Positions 49,909 through 59,339 of a stretch of 64,000 nucleotides of DNA are shown here, piece by piece. The stretch is from the IMG/VR virus record IMGVR_UViG_3300045988_164075; one strand, given 5' to 3'. Below the pieces are notes generated by a model. The model was given only the letters and a program-made list of their open reading frames with translations. It did not search any database and was not told the DNA's origin. The DNA is from a virus. Position numbers and translations under genes: made by a program. The first letter of the stretch is position 1. The number at the start of each line of letters is the position of its first letter.

Positions 49909-50076
49909 TTAACAAATAGTCGTGTTATATTTATAATATGGTTCTATAGGAATATTTTTAATATAAGGAACATATGTATTAGAATTGTCAAGAAAGTCTT
50001 TAATTTTCTCAAATTCATCTACACTACATTCTATATATTTAATATAAAGATTATTCAGATAAATCTTCATTTTCAT
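49909..50076 (-). CDS. possible small protein, 55 aa
   Basis: Hand-translated ATG 50076 to TAA 49909. Packing is the only support. Confidence 0.3.
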   Translation of the reverse strand: MKMKIYLNNLYIKYIECSVDEFEKIKDFLDNSNTYVPYIKNIPIEPYYKYNTTIC

Positions 50077-50296
50077 AAAACTTTAAATCTTTAGTAGAAA
50101 AGATTGCTTCCTGTAAAGTAGCATTATTATCATATCATCTACATCTAATTCCTTTAAATAAGGATTCAAGATTCGCTCCTTTCTTTATCGTTTGCATTAC
50201 TCTTCCTACTACATACATAACTGGACGATTTGGAATAGGATGTCTTAGTATTACCAAATCTCCAGGATTAAAAAATATTTTATCTTCTAGCATCAT
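50051..50296 (-). CDS. hypothetical protein, 81 aa (one in-frame TGA)
   Basis: The ATGATG start overlaps the upstream TAA (TAATGATG). TAA at 50051. Confidence 0.45.
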
Positions 50297-50802
50297 TAAT
50301 TTTTATTTACAATTCTACATATAATATTTTGTTCCGTAATAGCATAATATCCTCGATTATCAAAAGGTATTGGTGCAGGAATATTTCTACAATATACATC
50401 CTCTCCAACTTTTACATTTTTACATTCAGGTCCAATAGCAATTACTTCTGCACAAATAATTTCCTGATGAGATTCTTCCATTTCTCCAGATTCGTGACTA
50501 AAATACATTTCATGTCCATCTAAACCATAGATAATCCCTGAAGCACTAGTCTTAATACTACGATAGGGATTTCTATCATAAAGTTTAATGATTACATTAC
50601 TATTACAAGCTACAATTTCTTTGTTAGCTGCAGATTTAACTCCTTCATTTTGTTTACATAAATTATCTGCCATTTCAAGTTGAGCTTGTTCTTGCAATTT
50701 TTTCATCACTTCTTTATCTGTTGTAGTTAAATCTTCTGATTGATCGAGTCCTGGCATATAATGTATGCCTGTTAATTCCATTTTTCTATTTCCTAAATCC
50801 AT
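50296..50802 (-). CDS. GroES-like co-chaperonin, 168 aa
   Basis: The C-terminal 100 aa fit the Cpn10 pattern: VIIKLYD...SGIIYGL...AEVIAIGPECKNVKVGEDVY...YYAITEQNIICRI. Confidence 0.5.
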   Translation of the reverse strand: MDLGNRKMELTGIHYMPGLDQSEDLTTTDKEVMKKLQEQAQLEMADNLCKQNEGVKSAANKEIVACNSNVIIKLYDRNPYRSIKTSASGIIYGLDGHEMYFSHESGEMEESHQEIICAEVIAIGPECKNVKVGEDVYCRNIPAPIPFDNRGYYAITEQNIICRIVNKN

Positions 50803-50803
50803 T

Positions 50804-51013
50804 TTATCACTTATTTTTTAAACATTTTTCTTCTCTTACTCGGACTTTAGCATCTAATATACATCCACATAAATCACAACTATCTTGACCTAAAAATTTT
50901 ACATTATGCTGACAGTGCTTACAAATATCTAATCGATAATTTGCTAAATCTTGTTCTTTTAAAAAGATTTTATTGTATCAACCTATTAATATATGTTTTA
51001 TATTAATCTGCAT
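50804..51013 (-). CDS. Cys-rich zinc-ribbon protein, 69 aa
   Basis: MQINIKHILIG-W-YNK...CKHCQHN...CDLCGCILDAKVRVREEKC...KW, then TAA. Confidence 0.5.
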
Positions 51014-51014
51014 A

Positions 51015-51284
51015 TTATCATTTTCTTATAATACATTTTGCATTTGATAGACGGACTTTTTTACTTAAATTACAACCGCACCCTTTAACGTATCCTTCTT
51101 TTCCGTAATTTACCACATCTTTTCCATCTTTACTAATATATAAAGAACTATTACAAATAGGACCTACTGGAGTCTTTTTATATAATGGACACTTCATGCA
51201 TATCTTTAAACGTTTATTACTTAAATTCTCATTAGCTCCAAATAATTCTTTAATATGCCCATCTAATATATCTATAAATCCCAT
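51015..51284 (-). CDS. Cys-rich zinc-ribbon protein, paralogue of 50804-51013, 89 aa
   Basis: ORF 51018-51284 ends at TGA and then TAA (...CIIRKW). It has the same C..C...CGC.L..K.R....C layout. Confidence 0.6.
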
Positions 51285-51351
51285 AATATTTTATTTAAAA
51301 AAGATACTCCAATTATATTTATAACCTTTTAACTTGCAATTGTAACGATTA

Positions 51352-52290
51352 CTAATATACGATTGGAGTATCTTTTGATAATTCTTCTTTTATAAGTAGT
51401 TGTTTTTTGTAGTGTTTAAGAAGTACTTCTACTTCTTTTTTCATATATTCTACTTCAATTTCTTCAACTTTATTTGAATGATCAATGTGAATTAACTTTA
51501 ACATTTTAATATTTAAATCTGGATTAATTTGTTGAAGCAAATAAGCATACATTGATAATTGAAGTGTATAGTGCATTAAATTACAATCCTGAATTGTATT
51601 TAAAGGATATTTTAGACATTCGTATCGTTTTGTTGATTTATTATAATAAGATTTGCGATCGATTTTTTTATTAGTTTTAAAATCTATAATTATTATATCG
51701 TTCCCATCTTTAATTAATAAATCAATTTGTCCTGCAACTCTCAATACGCCATCTCTTGATTTTACACTAATAAGAAATTCTGGATATACTGCTTTTTCTG
51801 TATCAAGTCGATAATATCCTTTTTTAACACTAAATTTTCCACCTAATCCGTATCTTTTTAGTTCTTTTTCTGGATTTTGATACATTGAGTTTTCAAACTC
51901 AGCATGTATTTTAGTGCCACGTTCACAGGATTTATTTTTTTCATCTTCGTAACTTTGTAAGATTTCTTCTCGTTTAGTATTAAATTGAGATTCATCAATA
52001 CTAAGTTTATGTAAAATAGATGGATCAAATTTTTTAGTTGCAAGTAACACTTTCTTTAAAGCTGCAAACGTTACATCGTCTGTTAATGATTCTAATGCTT
52101 TATATGCTGATCAAAAAGCAGAATCAAATATATTAGTATAATTGTGAATTAGTGTCGTAACAGATATATAATAGGATCCATCTGTTTTATCTATATAAAC
52201 ATGTTGCTGATCATTATAAATTACATTGTCATTTTCTTTATCAATAGATAAGTCATTATAAAACTTATCTTTTTCTAAAACCATTGTCAT
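51352..52290 (-). CDS. PD-(D/E)XK (Cas4/RecB-like) nuclease, 312 aa
   Basis: ATG 52290 reads through one TGA into ORF 51352-52050. Motifs: GQIDLLIKDGNDIIIIDFKT and YTLQLSMYAYLL. TAG stop. Confidence 0.6.
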
Positions 52291-52296
52291 AAATCA

Positions 52297-52995
52297 CTAG
52301 TATTTTAATACATCTCTAATAACGTGTCCTTGTCCCATTAAATCGTGTACTACATTTGGACTAGTTGGAACTTCGTCATCACAACTAAAACACCACAATG
52401 CAGCTAATGGAGATTTATCTGTATTACGTATAAGAATTACAATATATCCCTTAATATTTTCATTCAAACATCTAGTATAGGAATTTTTATCAATTGTTTC
52501 TAAAGATTTTAGAGTTCTTATTACTTGGCCATGTTTTAATAATTCTGCATTTAAATCTGAGTACATAGATGATGGAACATTTTGCATTTCAGTTTTTTTA
52601 GCAGTTACTTTCATTTTTATTTCTCTTATTCTTTCATGAGAAATAGACATTCTTAAATACGGCATCCCATTAGTCATTGTGATATTATCATGATAAATCA
52701 TTAGAGATGTACGATTAAATCCATAGGTAATATTTAAATTATCTAAAATAGAATTAATAACTCTATCTACTTCGGGAGATTTTTCAATAACATGATTTAA
52801 TATACTATCGTGTCTTTGGTTTATTTCATTTACTACTTCTGTTTTAGAATTTATAACCAAACATTCGGTATATTCTTTAGTAATTATATTTAATGCAAAG
52901 ACAATTAACAGTATAAACAATGTTCTTCAAACATCCTTCCAGTTTTTAATTTTATCAACTATAAATGAGAATCAATCTAGAAAAGTATTTCACAT
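52297..52995 (-). CDS. membrane-anchored protein, first gene of the late operon, 232 aa
   Basis: ATG 52995 is followed at once by TGA (M-W-NTFLD-W-FSF...). An N-terminal TM segment follows. ORF 52297-52920 is in frame. TAG stop. Confidence 0.55.
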
Positions 52996-53096
52996 TTTAT
53001 TACTTAGTTTTAAATTTTTTATTTTTACTTTGCAAATTTATTTATTATTTTTGTGAAATACAAAATAAAAATATTTAAACTAATAACTTACTAAAT

Positions 53097-53387
53097 ATGT
53101 TTAATATGAATGATCTTAATTTAGATTTTAAAACTTTACAAAAACAAATACAAAAGTTATCTAACTCAAGCACAATAGATTTACCTAATTTGTTTATCGA
53201 TATGATTGAACATTTAAAGAAGGGTGGGAAAATCTATATAAAGAAGGCTAATCGTGGTAAGTTTACAGCTAGTGCTAAAAGAGCTGGACAAACTGTACAA
53301 GAACATGCTAGATCTGTACTTAATGATCCTAATGCAACTCCGCTACAAAAGAAGAGAGCTAATTTTGCTAGAAATGCTGCTAAATGA
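53097..53387 (+). CDS. hypothetical basic protein, 96 aa (101 aa, ending 53402, if the terminal TGA is read as Trp)
   Basis: ORF-track entry. A TAA lies five codons after the TGA. Confidence 0.6.
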   Translation: MFNMNDLNLDFKTLQKQIQKLSNSSTIDLPNLFIDMIEHLKKGGKIYIKKANRGKFTASAKRAGQTVQEHARSVLNDPNATPLQKKRANFARNAAK

Positions 53388-53404
53388 CATCATAATAAAT
53401 AATT

Positions 53405-54145
53405 ATGACTTCAGAAGATCAAAAAATCTTATTTGAGAAACTTGGAAAACAAATGAATTATACATTAGGTTTACCTAATTTTAAATTAATTAATGATGTT
53501 ATTTATAAACTTTGTACTAAGTGTAAGAAATATAAACCAATGACATCTAAATTTTTTCCTAGACGCAATAATGTAAAGTGTGGATACGGATCTCATTGTA
53601 AAGAATGTGAAAAGGAAAAAGAATCTAAGCGTATAAGAATTCCAAGTTTTAATGAAAATGGAGAACTATATTGTCATGTTTGTAAAACTTATAAAGATGT
53701 TTCAGAATTTTATAAAGGAGAGAAATATATTTGCCGACAAGGATATTCTAGAGAATGCAAAGATTGTGAAAAAGAAAGGAAGAAAATTAAAAGAGCTACT
53801 CAGGAAATTAACGATCGAGATCGATTTTTATCACGATTGTTATCTGGATGTAAAACTAGAGCTTTAAAAAACAATATTCCTTTCGATTTAACAAAAGAGC
53901 AATTAATCGAATTGTTTGAAAAACAAAATGGAAAGTGCGCATTATCTAATTTAGAGATGCAAACTGTTATTAAAGCAGGCAAAAATCCTTTTAATGTTTC
54001 TATCGATAGAATTAAACCAGGGAGAGCATATTCTTTATCTAACATTCGTTTAGTATGTAATAGTATAAATACAATGCGTTCTAATCTATCAGATGAAGAA
54101 TTCCTAAGTTTTTGTAAAGCAGTAGTTGACTATTTATCTATATAA
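53405..54145 (+). CDS. free-standing HNH-family nuclease-like protein with N-terminal Cys clusters, 246 aa
   Basis: GKCALSNLEM...VSIDRIKPGRAYSLSNIRLVCNSINTMRSN resembles the HNH_3-type signature. There are several CxxC pairs upstream. Confidence 0.5.
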   Translation: MTSEDQKILFEKLGKQMNYTLGLPNFKLINDVIYKLCTKCKKYKPMTSKFFPRRNNVKCGYGSHCKECEKEKESKRIRIPSFNENGELYCHVCKTYKDVSEFYKGEKYICRQGYSRECKDCEKERKKIKRATQEINDRDRFLSRLLSGCKTRALKNNIPFDLTKEQLIELFEKQNGKCALSNLEMQTVIKAGKNPFNVSIDRIKPGRAYSLSNIRLVCNSINTMRSNLSDEEFLSFCKAVVDYLSI

Positions 54146-54152
54146 TAAAATA

Positions 54153-54392
54153 ATGAAAGATTTCTTTATTAGATTATTCACTGCACAAAGTGGTTTAAGT
54201 AGTAAACGAGTTTGTGGAGTTTTAGGATGAGTGGCATGTCTTATTATATGTTTATGATGTACTTTTCACGGGATACAAGCTCCAGTTATTGTAGATACTC
54301 TATTTATATGTAGTACTACTCTATTAGGTGCAGATTCTGTAGTAAAAATATTTAATAGAAAGAAAAATGAAAACAATTATCAAAATTCGTAG
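54153..54392 (+). CDS. holin-like small membrane protein, 79 aa (two in-frame TGA)
   Basis: MKDFFIRLFTAQSGLSSKRVCGVLG-W-VACLIICL-W-CTFHG... contains hydrophobic helices. Lies directly upstream of the endolysin. TAG stop. Confidence 0.5.
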
Positions 54393-54804
54393 ATGAACTT
54401 GAGAATTTCCTCAATCGTTACTAGGAGCAATACTTCTTCCGTTTTATAATAGAACTAGATTAAAAACGTTTACATATAAAGATCAGGAGGTTTATATTTA
54501 TGATAAATTTCCTGGAGGAATTTCTTTAGGTTATTATGTATTATTAGATTATAATAGATACGATTGGGACAACAATAATATACGAATTAGTTTAAAAAAT
54601 TCTATTAAACATGAGGCTGGACATGGTATTCAATCTAAATGATTAGGTCCTTTATATTTACCTTTTGTAGGGCTATTAAGTGGATTACATAATTTAAATT
54701 GTAGGCGAAAGCGTAAAAAAGGTATTCCTTATGATTATTACAAATTTTTTGTTGAAGCCTGAGCAGATAAATTAGGAGGAGTTAAAAGAAATGAAAGCAA
54801 ATAA
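54367..54804 (+). CDS. HExxH-motif protein (putative metallopeptidase), 145 aa
   Basis: Hand translation with four in-frame TGA codons. Contains NSIKHEAGHGIQSK-W-LGPLY. Confidence 0.45.
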
Positions 54805-55225
54805 ATATTTTGATATAAAAGAACTAGTTCCAAAAGAGGTATATGAAGAATTAGGAGAGGAAAAATCATTAGCTTTACTTGACTCTAGAGCTTTAAAAGC
54901 ATTAGAAGAAGTTAGAGAAATATTAGGAATTCCTTTAATATGTAATAATTGAGCATCTGGAGGTAGTAGAAATTATTGTGGATACAGACAGCCAGATTGT
55001 AAAATCGGAGCTAAAAATTCGCAACATAAAAAAGGTAATGCTTTTGATTTAATTAGCAATAAGATGTCAGCATCTAATATGAGATACGAATTAGAAAAAC
55101 ATAAATTAGAATTAACTATTCCAATTCGTATTGAAAAATGAGATCAAAATGGTAGAGAGACTACTTGATTACATATAGATACAAATAATTATAAAAATAA
55201 TAATATTTACTTTTTTAAAGCTTAA
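54791..55225 (+). CDS. peptidase M15-type endolysin, 144 aa
   Basis: Motifs SGGSRNYCGYR, SQHKKGNAFDL and TT-W-LHID, with the TGA at 55166-55168 at the Trp position. Confidence 0.65.
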
Positions 55226-55231
55226 TGTATT

Positions 55232-55396
55232 ATGGAACTAATGGCAGATATTATTTTAGGTATTGTGGTAATTACATTGATTTTAGGAATGTTATCTATT
55301 ATTCCTATGGCTATTCCTGTGGGATTAATATTAATAGACGCTTTATTATATGGAATAGATGCTTTTACAACAAAAGAAAATGAAGAATTGACTTAG
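55232..55396 (+). CDS. small membrane protein, 54 aa
   Basis: MELMADIILGIVVITLILGMLSIIPMAIPVGLILIDALLYG... TAG stop. Confidence 0.45.
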   Translation: MELMADIILGIVVITLILGMLSIIPMAIPVGLILIDALLYGIDAFTTKENEELT

Positions 55397-55526
55397 AGCA
55401 TTAGGTTGAATATTTGTAATATTATTTACATTAATAACAACGTTTATAACACATAGTCCATGTTGTGTATTTATATTCATAGCTGGAGTTATATGTTTAG
55501 CAATAGATCATGTCAGACAAGGATAA
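55380..55526 (+). CDS. small membrane protein, 48 aa (two in-frame TGA)
   Basis: MKN-W-LRALG-W-IFVILFTLITTFITHSPCCVFIFIAGVICLAIDH... Confidence 0.4.
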
Positions 55527-55788
55527 ATACTATATAGACGGATATGGAACAAAACGTCCTAAAGACGTTCCGTTTTGAGATTCAGCAAAAGGACAATTAG
55601 TTAAGAAAGCTGGTAATGATTTACTAACAACTGGTTCTTTTGCGTTAGGATTATTACTTCCATTTGGGAAATTAAAGATATTAAAGACTCTTTCTAGAGT
55701 ACTAAACGGTGCGGCAATTGCAGATTTTGTAACTAGTGATCGAGTAACTACAGTAGATGATGATATTAAAAAATGGAGAATATGGTAA
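55510..55788 (+). CDS. hypothetical protein with a central hydrophobic segment, 92 aa
   Basis: ATG 55510, one in-frame TGA, TAA at 55786. Confidence 0.45.
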
Positions 55789-56371
55789 AGCTGCTGTAAC
55801 TGGACTTGAAGCATTATTAACTGCTGGAGCAATAGGCAGCGGATTTAGTAAACTTCCAGGAGTTCAGAAAAGAGCGGCAATGTTTGCAAGAGATGGATTA
55901 GTAAAAGATAAGATGGTTGTACACAGAGCTATTGCTTTACCTAAAGGAAAGAATAAACCTGATTTACAATATAAACGTACAGGTGAGAACGTTTACGAAA
56001 TTCCTGAAACTGAAAAGTATGTAGGAAGTTATGATACAGCAGTTAGCTCAGTTAATCCAAAAGATTTAAAAAGAACAGTAGTAGAACATTATAAATTACC
56101 AGCTAAGAAAGTTAGAGTTCTTGAACACGATGTTTATCCAGATGGACAAGTAGATTTAGTAGCATCTATATCAAATGATATATTACCTACAAGTTATTCA
56201 TTTATTAATAGAGCACATCCATATAAATTATCTGAAGATGTTTTAAAGAATATACCTATGTACAATTGAGAATCTGTAGCTAATAGAACACGTAATTCAT
56301 TCGGAATTAGTGGAGGATTAGGTGCAACAGGAACTTACATATATTTAAGAAATGAAAAAGGCAGCCGTTAA
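55757..56371 (+). CDS. hypothetical protein, 204 aa
   Basis: ORF 55757-56269 reads through TGA 56267 to TAA 56369. A terminator follows. Confidence 0.55.
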
Positions 56372-56385
56372 TTCGACTGCCTTTT
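56356..56385. terminator. bidirectional hairpin between convergent genes
   Basis: aaaaggcag pairs with ctgcctttt, followed by gttgtttt. Confidence 0.55.
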
Positions 56386-56391
56386 GTTGTT

Positions 56392-56568
56392 TTAAGACTT
56401 TACAAAATATTTATCTTTAATTCTTTTAAGGAACCAACCAATTCCAAATACATACGTTACTAACGCAACAATTGTTACATAAAATGGAAGCAATTTGATT
56501 GCTGCTAAGATTGCTACTATTACAACTATTATAATAGCAGCTAAAATTCATTTTTCTTTAGTTGTCAT
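56392..56568 (-). CDS. small two-TM membrane protein, 58 aa
   Basis: MTTKEK-W-ILAAIIIVVIVAILAAIKLLPFYVTIVALVTYVFGIGWFLKR... Confidence 0.45.
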
Positions 56569-57785
56569 TTTAAATCATTGTGTGTTTGTGTTCTTTCTCT
56601 AATCTCTTTTTCAATATTTGCTGGACGTACATAACCTGAAATCAATCCATTATTAACATCTAAAGGAGTTTGTCCAGAATGAAATAATTTATGATTTGTT
56701 TTAGTTTTAACTCAATCCATGTAAGTATCTTTTCCTTTAACTGTATTAATTAGATAATCGGCTTGTCTTTTTAACATACTATCTGTTGGAATTGTAGTAT
56801 CTAACATATCTTGATATCGTTCAGGAGATCAATGAATTAAGCCGTTATATTTCCCGCTAGAAGAGGGATTATTAACTTCTCCTCCACTTTCATGAATAAT
56901 ATTGCTAATTAAACTAAGAACTTGTTCTTCAGGTAATTGATTCGAAATAAAATAATTATATAATCAATTTATATTTTCAGGATTATATGATCTTTTGATT
57001 GTTTTCTGAGCATTGATTAATTTTTGCAATCGATCTTGTTCTATTTTTAAATTTTGAATTTTTTCAAATAAACCTATAAACTCATTATTATATGTTTCAG
57101 GAATAGTATTTTTAAATTTTGTAGGATCATATGGAGGATATTTTGGAACTTTCATTCCAAATTTAGCACTAGCTATCATTTTATTTAAAATATTTTTGTA
57201 TCTAGGATCAGTAGCATATCCGCCTTTAGCTACTTTATCTGCAAATTCATTTACTGTACCTGAAAATGCTTTATATCTATTATTGTTTAATAGATTTACA
57301 TGATAATTAGCATAATCTTCTAAAGAGTTAAAATCTCTAAAACTGTCATATATATATTGATCTTTCCCATTTATAACTTCTCTTGTGCGTCTTTTTGTTC
57401 CTTTTCCTTTAATTCCTCCTAAATTAAATTTGCCAGATTGTGATTTACCTCAGTTTGATTCTAATCCAGATTGTTGTACTAACGCTTTAGCAAAAGAAGT
57501 ATCAATACCTTTAGAAGCTAATATCTTTTCATATAAAGGAGTCATAACTTTGATAAATTCCGATTTATTTTGAAAAACTTTTGGATACTTTGTTTCTTCT
57601 TGAGGTATTTCTATGATTACTTTTTCTTGAGGTTCTTTTAATAAAGTTGGAGTATAACCTTCTAATGAGGTAGTCTTTATTTTCTTTTTAGGTAAGATTA
57701 TTGTTTCCTGTTCGGGAATTATATTGATTTTAGATTCTCTAATGACAGGTTGATATATTAACTGTTGTTTTAATCAATTATTCAT
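56541..57785 (-). CDS. peptidoglycan hydrolase with GH73 glucosaminidase domain, 414 aa
   Basis: ATG 57785. ORF 56964-57179 is in frame. Motifs: LVQQSGLESN-W-GKSQSGKFNLGGIK (TGA at 57451-57453) and GGYATDPRYKNIL. TAG at 56541. Confidence 0.65.
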
Positions 57786-57952
57786 AAATTTTAGCTTTTT
57801 GCAAAAATAAAATAAATTATTGATTTTACAAAATGTTGAGCGGTATTATATAGTGTATAGTGTATGCAATATAATATATGTGATGTATGCGATGGGACAC
57901 ATCATAAAAAGTCCCCCTGGCCTAATAAAATGGAAAATCAAATTAAAATTCA

Positions 57953-58004
57953 CTAAGACCAAAAATTTTTCTCAGTTTGAATTTGAACCTCGCACTCCTT
58001 AGGT
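57953..58004 (+). promoter_or_regulatory. early-gene control motif set 1 (CTAAGAC ... TTGAACCT ... CTTAGGT)
   Basis: CTAAGAC at 57953-57959, TTGAACCT at 57983-57990, CTTAGGT at 57998-58004. The last lies exactly 23 nt before ATG 58021. Confidence 0.45.
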
Positions 58005-58020
58005 AAAGTGCTATAGTATC

Positions 58021-58272
58021 ATGTGCGCCACTACAAATTTATATCGAGAAGCTGCTGACTTCTTAGCCCTCTGGCAAGAGTGTCCTCGACTTCGCAGTGC
58101 AATTCGTTTCGGTAATGAGTCGTGTGACAATTCTTACACTATTATCGAAGCGAATGTAACAATTACGAGAGTAAACTTTTCTCATCGTAAAGTTACTCGT
58201 AAGGAACTGCGCATCGCACGTAAACAATTCATTAAAGACTTTGAACAAGATCATGAATACAAAACCTTTTGA
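58021..58272 (+). CDS. early hypothetical protein, 83 aa
   Basis: Intact standard-code ORF. Trp is encoded by TGG. Ends in TGA, overlapping the next start. Confidence 0.65.
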   Translation: MCATTNLYREAADFLALWQECPRLRSAIRFGNESCDNSYTIIEANVTITRVNFSHRKVTRKELRIARKQFIKDFEQDHEYKTF

Positions 58273-58573
58273 TCGTTCTGTCGGAACGGTTATCAAAATT
58301 CTTAATGAACCTATTGTTATTAAGAATAACAAGTTATTGATGTCTTGTATCGTTAATGATTGTTTAATCGATCGAATACCTTTACGGTATTTTCGAAGAC
58401 TCAGTAACTATCGTGAACTATCTGATTTTAACAGCTTCACGAAGAGAGTCTATCGTACACAAAACTTTATTGAATTGCATCAGTTGTTACAAGGCAAAAC
58501 AGTTAAAGTTGTTGCGAAAACAATTTTATCAAACGGAGCAACAGCTCCAATCTTTGAACTCATCAAAGGATGA
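58253..58573 (+). CDS. early hypothetical protein, 106 aa
   Basis: ATG 58253 (the track starts it at TTG 58241). Ends in an ATGA overlap with the next gene. Confidence 0.6.
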   Translation: MNTKPFDRSVGTVIKILNEPIVIKNNKLLMSCIVNDCLIDRIPLRYFRRLSNYRELSDFNSFTKRVYRTQNFIELHQLLQGKTVKVVAKTILSNGATAPIFELIKG

Positions 58574-58752
58574 AACTATTTTGCAAAAAAGTAATGTTCT
58601 ACATTACAATGACAATAGTTCTACTCTTCTTGATGAGTGTTGATAGTTTAAATGAAAACGGGTATCTTACAATATCCGTTTTCATTGTTATTATCACTAT
58701 TGTAATATGCACTACGTGTATTACAAAGGAAGATTGGGATCAAATGTTCTAA
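58570..58752 (+). CDS. early small membrane protein, 60 aa
   Basis: Two hydrophobic helices. TAA stop. Confidence 0.55.
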   Translation: MKLFCKKVMFYITMTIVLLFLMSVDSLNENGYLTISVFIVIITIVICTTCITKEDWDQMF

Positions 58753-58794
58753 GACAGAAATACTTCTGTAACTTGAACCTTTCGGTGCTTAGGT
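58749..58794 (+). promoter_or_regulatory. early-gene control motif set 2
   Basis: CTAAGAC at 58749-58755, TTGAACCT at 58773-58780, CTTAGGT at 58788-58794. The last is again exactly 23 nt before an ATG (58811). Confidence 0.45.
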
Positions 58795-58810
58795 GAACCG
58801 TCATAACGTT

Positions 58811-59251
58811 ATGATATCACAAACAGAAATTAATGCAGTATTAGAAGTACTACAAACTATTCACGCATGGTCTGATTCTCGAATCGCTCAGAGTATCGAC
58901 AAACCTAGATCTTTCGGAGGTTTATGCCGAGATTGTGGAGTTAAAGTAGCTCCTACATATCTGAAGCGAGTTCTATTGAAACACGGACTTTTACATTCCG
59001 TAAAAGATCGTCTTATATGGAATGCATGTAAGACAGCTCCAAATCATAAATTAGCGGAATTTATGATCAAAGAAGCTCGGGTACTTCAAGCAGAAGCTAC
59101 ACGTGAATCTCCTTCACATAAAAAGCTTATCAAGAAGCTAGAATTGCTTGAGAAAGTTACGGACAATGTTCTCGATAAGCATTCAGATAAGGAGTTGGTT
59201 GAAGAGTTGCGACGACGTGGTTACACTGTAACTACAACTATCAGTTTATAG
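58811..59251 (+). CDS. early hypothetical protein, 146 aa
   Basis: ORF 58793-59251 in the track (GTG). ATG 58811 is favoured by the conserved motif spacing. TAG stop. Confidence 0.65.
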   Translation: MISQTEINAVLEVLQTIHAWSDSRIAQSIDKPRSFGGLCRDCGVKVAPTYLKRVLLKHGLLHSVKDRLIWNACKTAPNHKLAEFMIKEARVLQAEATRESPSHKKLIKKLELLEKVTDNVLDKHSDKELVEELRRRGYTVTTTISL

Positions 59252-59257
59252 CATATA

Positions 59258-59283
59258 AGAGAATGTGCTTCGGTACATTCTCT
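59258..59283 (+). terminator. 11-bp hairpin with a UUCG loop
   Basis: agagaatgtgc-ttcg-gtacattctct, then ttaatt. Confidence 0.6.
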
Positions 59284-59299
59284 TTAATTGTATATATTA

Positions 59300-59339
59300 C
59301 TAAGACTAAATGTATTATGTAATTACAAACTTTAAACCT
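59300..59339 (+). promoter_or_regulatory. early-gene control motif set 3
   Basis: CTAAGAC at 59300-59306 and TTAAACCT at 59332-59339, upstream of ATG 59349. Confidence 0.35.

Noticed and set aside
659-50094. Plus-strand ORF-track entries inside the late operon: 659-871, 3957-4196, 4381-4590, 5725-6054, 6129-6374, 7216-7455, 9816-10004, 10542-10781, 13633-13920, 16635-16826, 20927-21142, 25491-25679, 26400-26591, 29435-29773, 33565-33750, 35827-36114, 40084-40278, 42393-42605, 46033-46224, 47330-47545, 47894-48221, 48359-48577, 49187-49447, 49858-50094.
   Set aside because: They are antisense shadows of long minus-strand genes in AT-rich DNA. Their composition is low-complexity Phe/Ile/Leu/Ser, and they have no packing or coupling signals.
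50463-50471. A second CTGATGAG match, checked as a possible hammerhead.
   Set aside because: It lies inside the GroES-like coding sequence. No adjacent GAAA-plus-stem III-plus-UH arrangement or stem I complement is present.
53040-53070. A TATTTTTG (-7-like) element upstream of the 53097 gene, considered as a host-type promoter.
   Set aside because: The only upstream TTTG is 13 nt away rather than 19-21, and such strings are common in this AT-rich spacer. The evidence is too weak to list as a feature.
55757-55790. An A-run (attaaaaaatgg) where ORF 55510-55788 and ORF 55757-56371 overlap, considered as a programmed frameshift site.
   Set aside because: The second frame is +1, not -1. It is closed by TAG immediately before its own ATGATG start, so two overlapping genes is the simpler explanation.
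17194-57573. Other-frame entries: minus-strand ORFs 17194-17409, 41157-41339, 51858-52043, 53800-54045 and 55530-55832; plus-strand ORFs 50329-50523, 53254-53436, 53652-53867 and 57385-57573.
   Set aside because: Each lies wholly inside a better-supported gene in another frame or on the other strand.
57820-58002. A 60-aa + strand ORF in the divergent control region.
   Set aside because: It has a non-ATG start, spans the repeat- and motif-rich promoter region, and ends inside the CTTAGGT element.
57975-58040. A T-loop-like GGTTCAAAT on the minus strand, considered as a possible suppressor tRNA (it even contains TCA).
   Set aside because: I could not build a T stem, anticodon stem or acceptor stem around it. 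The sequence is better explained as the TTGAACCT...CTTAGGT early control motif, which recurs at 58773.
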